Assembly: GCA_963739495.1 (NCBI GenBank)
Contig: CAVUAM010000015.1
Location: forward strand, 39,367 to 103,366
Length of the DNA stretch: 64,000 bases
Source: Candidatus Bathyarchaeota archaeon
GTDB taxonomy: Archaea > Thermoproteota > Bathyarchaeia > Bathyarchaeales > Bathycorpusculaceae
Direction: 5' to 3'
Positions 60,646 to 64,000 of the stretch are shown one piece after another. Within the stretch, counting starts at the first letter, position 1, and each line of letters opens with the position of its first letter. The notes under the pieces were generated by a model. That model was not told the origin of the DNA, searched no databases, and worked only from the letters and a program-made list of their open reading frames with translations. The translations under genes and the position numbers were made by a program.

Positions 60646-62179
60646 AAGCATGACTCCCAATAAAACCTCCACCCGAATCCGTATTTTTGACACCACATTA
60701 AGAGATGGGGAACAAACCCCCGGAGTTTCTTTAACCGCAGATGACAAGATTGAGATTGCACACCAACTCAACAAACTGGGCGTTGACGTCATCGAAGCTG
60801 GGTTTCCGAGTTCTTCTGATGGAGAAAAAAAAGTAGTCCAAGATATTGCTAAGGCGGGCTTAACCTCCGAAATCTGCGCCCTGTCCCGAGCAACAAAAGG
60901 AGACATCAACGCAGCACTAGATTGTGACGTCGACTTAATCCACGTATTCATTCCAACTTCTCCAGTCCAGATGAAATATGCTGTTAATTTGACACCTGAA
61001 CAAGTGCTTGCTTCTACAGTTGACTCGATTGAATACGTGAAGAAACACGGGGTAAAATGCGAGTTTTCACCTATGGACGCCACACGCTCCGAGATGCCGT
61101 TTCTAAAACAAGTCTGCGAGGCTGCACAAAAAGCAGGCATGGATACTCTAAACGTTCCAGATACCGTCGGTATCATGATTCCTAAAACAACAATCAAACT
61201 TATTGAAGAACTCAAAACAGTCATCACTGTACCTATAAGTACGCATTGTCACGACGACTTCGGCTTAGCAGTCGCAAACTCCCTCGCGGCAGTTGAAGCA
61301 GGAGCAGCCCAAGTGCACGTTGCTGTCAACGGCTTAGGTGAACGCGCAGGCAATGCTTCACTTGAAGAAGTTGTGATGGCGCTGGATATTATTTACAAGT
61401 ATAAAACAGGCGTCAACACTCGATTGCTCTATAGCACTTCACGAATGGTTGCTTCCTTAACAGGCATTACTGTGCAGGCTAACAAGGCAATTGTCGGCGA
61501 AAACGCGTTTGCCCACGAATCAGGCATCCATACACGTGGTGTTACTGAGAAACCATTAACCTTCGAACCCATAAACCCCGAATTGGTCGGTCGTACGAGG
61601 AAACTTGTGGCGGGCAAACTGGCTGGAACGCGAGGCATCAAAGCTGAACTCGAAGAAATCGGCATCCACCCGACCGAAGAGCAAATCAAAGAAATTGTTC
61701 AGCGCGTCAAAGATTTAGGCGACAAAGGTAAAATGGTGACTGACGCCGACTTGATAGCGTTAACATCGGCTGTTATGGGCGAGGTGATTGGGGAAGAAAA
61801 AATCGTTGACCTTTGCGACATGGCAGTGGTTACAGGCATCAAAGTTATCCCAACTGCTTCCGTGCGTTTAATCTTGAATGGCAAAGAATACATTGCAGCA
61901 GAAACAGGTGTTGGACCAGTAGATGCAGTGTTAAAAGCAATCCAAAAATTAACCAGCAGCATCGAAAATATCCGGCTAAGCGAATACCGGCTGGAAGCCA
62001 TAACAGGCGGCTCAAACGCGGTTGCTGAAGTTGTCATAAAAGTGGAAGATGAAAAAGGCAACATCGTCTCTGCACGAGCAGCCAGAGAAGACATTGTGAT
62101 GGCAAGTGTGGAAGCAATGATTAATGGTATAAACAAGCTCTTGCTGAAGAATCACTATAAGCAGGGAAATAAAAAGTGA
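60638..62179 (+). CDS. leuA: 2-isopropylmalate synthase
   Basis: DTTLRDGEQ, HCHDDFG, GERAGN and HESGIH; within the leu operon. Confidence 0.85.
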   Translation: MAESMTPNKTSTRIRIFDTTLRDGEQTPGVSLTADDKIEIAHQLNKLGVDVIEAGFPSSSDGEKKVVQDIAKAGLTSEICALSRATKGDINAALDCDVDLIHVFIPTSPVQMKYAVNLTPEQVLASTVDSIEYVKKHGVKCEFSPMDATRSEMPFLKQVCEAAQKAGMDTLNVPDTVGIMIPKTTIKLIEELKTVITVPISTHCHDDFGLAVANSLAAVEAGAAQVHVAVNGLGERAGNASLEEVVMALDIIYKYKTGVNTRLLYSTSRMVASLTGITVQANKAIVGENAFAHESGIHTRGVTEKPLTFEPINPELVGRTRKLVAGKLAGTRGIKAELEEIGIHPTEEQIKEIVQRVKDLGDKGKMVTDADLIALTSAVMGEVIGEEKIVDLCDMAVVTGIKVIPTASVRLILNGKEYIAAETGVGPVDAVLKAIQKLTSSIENIRLSEYRLEAITGGSNAVAEVVIKVEDEKGNIVSARAAREDIVMASVEAMINGINKLLLKNHYKQGNKK

Positions 62180-63000
62180 AAATCGTAGCCTTTCAAGGCG
62201 AACCTGGAGCCTACAGCGAATCTGCAGTCTACCAGTTCTTCGGTCAAAAAGTGCAGGCTGAGCCCTGCCGAGACTTCCGCAACGTCTTTGAAGCGGTGAA
62301 GCTTGGCGAGGTTGCAGCTGGCGTAGTCCCAGTAGAAAACTCGCTTGAAGGTAGCATCAACCAAAACTACGACTTATTCTTCAACTATGACCTGAAAGTC
62401 TGCGGAGAAGTCATAGTTAGAATAGCGCATTGCTTGATTGTGAACCCTGGCACAGCTATGAGTCAAATTAAAGCCGTTTACTCGCATCCCCAAGCGCTTG
62501 CGCAGTGCCGCAGTTACTTAGAGAAGGCAAAGTGGGAAATCGTCCCAGCCTATGACACAGCAGGCAGCGTCAAAATCATAAAAGAACAAAAACTCACAAA
62601 CGCCGCAGCCATCGCAAGCGAGCGAGCCGCAGAAATCTATGGAATGCAAATTCTCGCACGCGACATTGCCGACAATAAAGAAAACTATACCCGCTTCTTC
62701 GTACTATCCCAGCAAGACTCTGTGCTAACAGGTAAAGACAAAACTAGCATTATCTTTTCAGCCAAACATGAGCCAGGCTCACTCTACGATGCACTGGGAG
62801 AATTTGCCAAAAGGAAAATCAACCTGACCAGAATCGAATCGCGGCCAACCAAGAAGACTGCGTGGGAATACAATTTTTACTTGGATTTTGAAGGGCACCG
62901 GACCGAACAAAAATGTGCTGAAGCTCTCAAAGCACTGGAGAAATACGCAATTTTTGTCAAAATCTTGGGCTCATACCCCAAAGCTGTTACTCCTTTTTAA
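62176..63000 (+). CDS. pheA: Prephenate dehydratase with ACT domain
   Basis: FQGEPGAYSE, PVENS, SHPQALAQC, NYTRF and IESRP motifs. Confidence 0.96.
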   Translation: MKIVAFQGEPGAYSESAVYQFFGQKVQAEPCRDFRNVFEAVKLGEVAAGVVPVENSLEGSINQNYDLFFNYDLKVCGEVIVRIAHCLIVNPGTAMSQIKAVYSHPQALAQCRSYLEKAKWEIVPAYDTAGSVKIIKEQKLTNAAAIASERAAEIYGMQILARDIADNKENYTRFFVLSQQDSVLTGKDKTSIIFSAKHEPGSLYDALGEFAKRKINLTRIESRPTKKTAWEYNFYLDFEGHRTEQKCAEALKALEKYAIFVKILGSYPKAVTPF

Positions 63001-63010
63001 GAAGGGGTGT

Positions 63011-63727
63011 CTATTGTGTTAGCGATTTAATTTTTTCAAGAATGTCAACTGGTTTTATCGGGGTGCCACAATGTTTACAGATTAGAACTTTGCCGTTTTC
63101 GGGAATATCAACCATACCGCCACATTTGGGGCAGTTACAAGCAGACATTATCAACCCATTCTTGGTCAACACCGCCTTCAGCGCAGAGAAGCCCACTATG
63201 GCCTCGACTGGCTTAGGCTCACTGCCGATTTCTCCGCTGGCGCGTTTCTTTTCATATTCTGACTGCGTTATGTAGCTTGGGCAGTCTGCTGCAAAATTTA
63301 AACGGTTATTAATGTCAAACTTTTTTGCGCATACCCAATGTTCCATTGATGAATTATCCATTGCTGCGTTACCAGAGATGAGCCCCATGATATTTGTTCC
63401 TCGGGCTTTTTCAGGTTCTATCGTAGTCTTTGATGAAAAAGCGCATTTAGAACATAGTTTTTTGTCTGCGTTGGGGATGCATTTGTGGACTCCTCTTTTG
63501 CCGCATTCTGGACAAACTGCACCAAAGTTGAATAACTCATACGCGCAAGATTGGCAGAGTTTTTTTCCAGTAAATTGTGGAAAATCTTTTCGCATGCCAA
63601 ACTGGGAGGAGCCGATTACTAGCCATTTTATGTAGCCTTTTTTGAGGTGCGAATTCCAAAATACCATATGTTGCTCGTGCCATTCAAGCTCTGCTCCACA
63701 TTTTGCACAATTACCCATTGAAGTCAC
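63011..63727 (-). CDS. Multi-zinc-ribbon hypothetical protein
   Basis: Six CxxC pairs in 238 aa. Confidence 0.7.
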   Translation of the reverse strand: MTSMGNCAKCGAELEWHEQHMVFWNSHLKKGYIKWLVIGSSQFGMRKDFPQFTGKKLCQSCAYELFNFGAVCPECGKRGVHKCIPNADKKLCSKCAFSSKTTIEPEKARGTNIMGLISGNAAMDNSSMEHWVCAKKFDINNRLNFAADCPSYITQSEYEKKRASGEIGSEPKPVEAIVGFSALKAVLTKNGLIMSACNCPKCGGMVDIPENGKVLICKHCGTPIKPVDILEKIKSLTQ

Positions 63728-64000
63728 GTTTGTTTAAGCTCTGGTGCTGGCACTAATTAGATTTTGCGTTTCAACCCAAAAAAACCAATCCACTATGCAA
63801 TTTGATCAGCTGAATGCTATCGCTTAACAATGTTTGTGTAGAAGTTCTCGATAACTGTGTGACCTTCAGGGTGTGTTTCGTTTTTTATTGTTGTGCGTTC
63901 TGGGTGGAATTGGACGCCGTAGAAAGGTTTGGTTTTATGTTTAACAGCCTCCACTTCGCATGAAGCAGAATCTGCTATCAAAGCGAAACCGGCGCTCTCA

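Noticed and set aside
63985-64000. Weak resemblance to the IS right end (AAACCGGCGCTCTCA)
   Set aside because: Lacks the GGGACAAA core and is cut by the window edge
1-64000. CRISPR array, rRNA, SRP RNA or RNase P RNA
   Set aside because: No regularly spaced repeats or signature motifs were seen by eye

Overview
Archaeal chromosome segment, most consistent with Bathyarchaeia (an inference from gene content, not a database result). Bases 1-7000 are an accessory region with surface-protein genes and fragments, a DDE transposase that has one left end and two alternative right ends enclosing a passenger gene, and non-coding repeats and hairpins. The rest is mostly housekeeping: dtdA, an argF-like gene, ilvC, an inactive RadA paralogue, ArsB, an SDR, MoeB/E1, DNA ligase and an ECF S component; the uL22-to-secY-cmk ribosomal cluster, in which five r-proteins carry long low-complexity tails and an Hsp20 gene is inserted; hypE/hypDCF; an acyl-CoA ligase; a tRNA-Met with two non-canonical introns; Hsp20, RPA, MFS and an LLM oxidoreductase; and a branched-chain amino-acid cluster (cimA, ilvD, ilvBN, leuCDBA, pheA). 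Many single-base frameshifts, several in homopolymers and some in essential genes (secY, ligase), indicate an indel-prone assembly, so split genes should not be read as pseudogenes by default. All calls come from reading motifs by eye; no searches were run.
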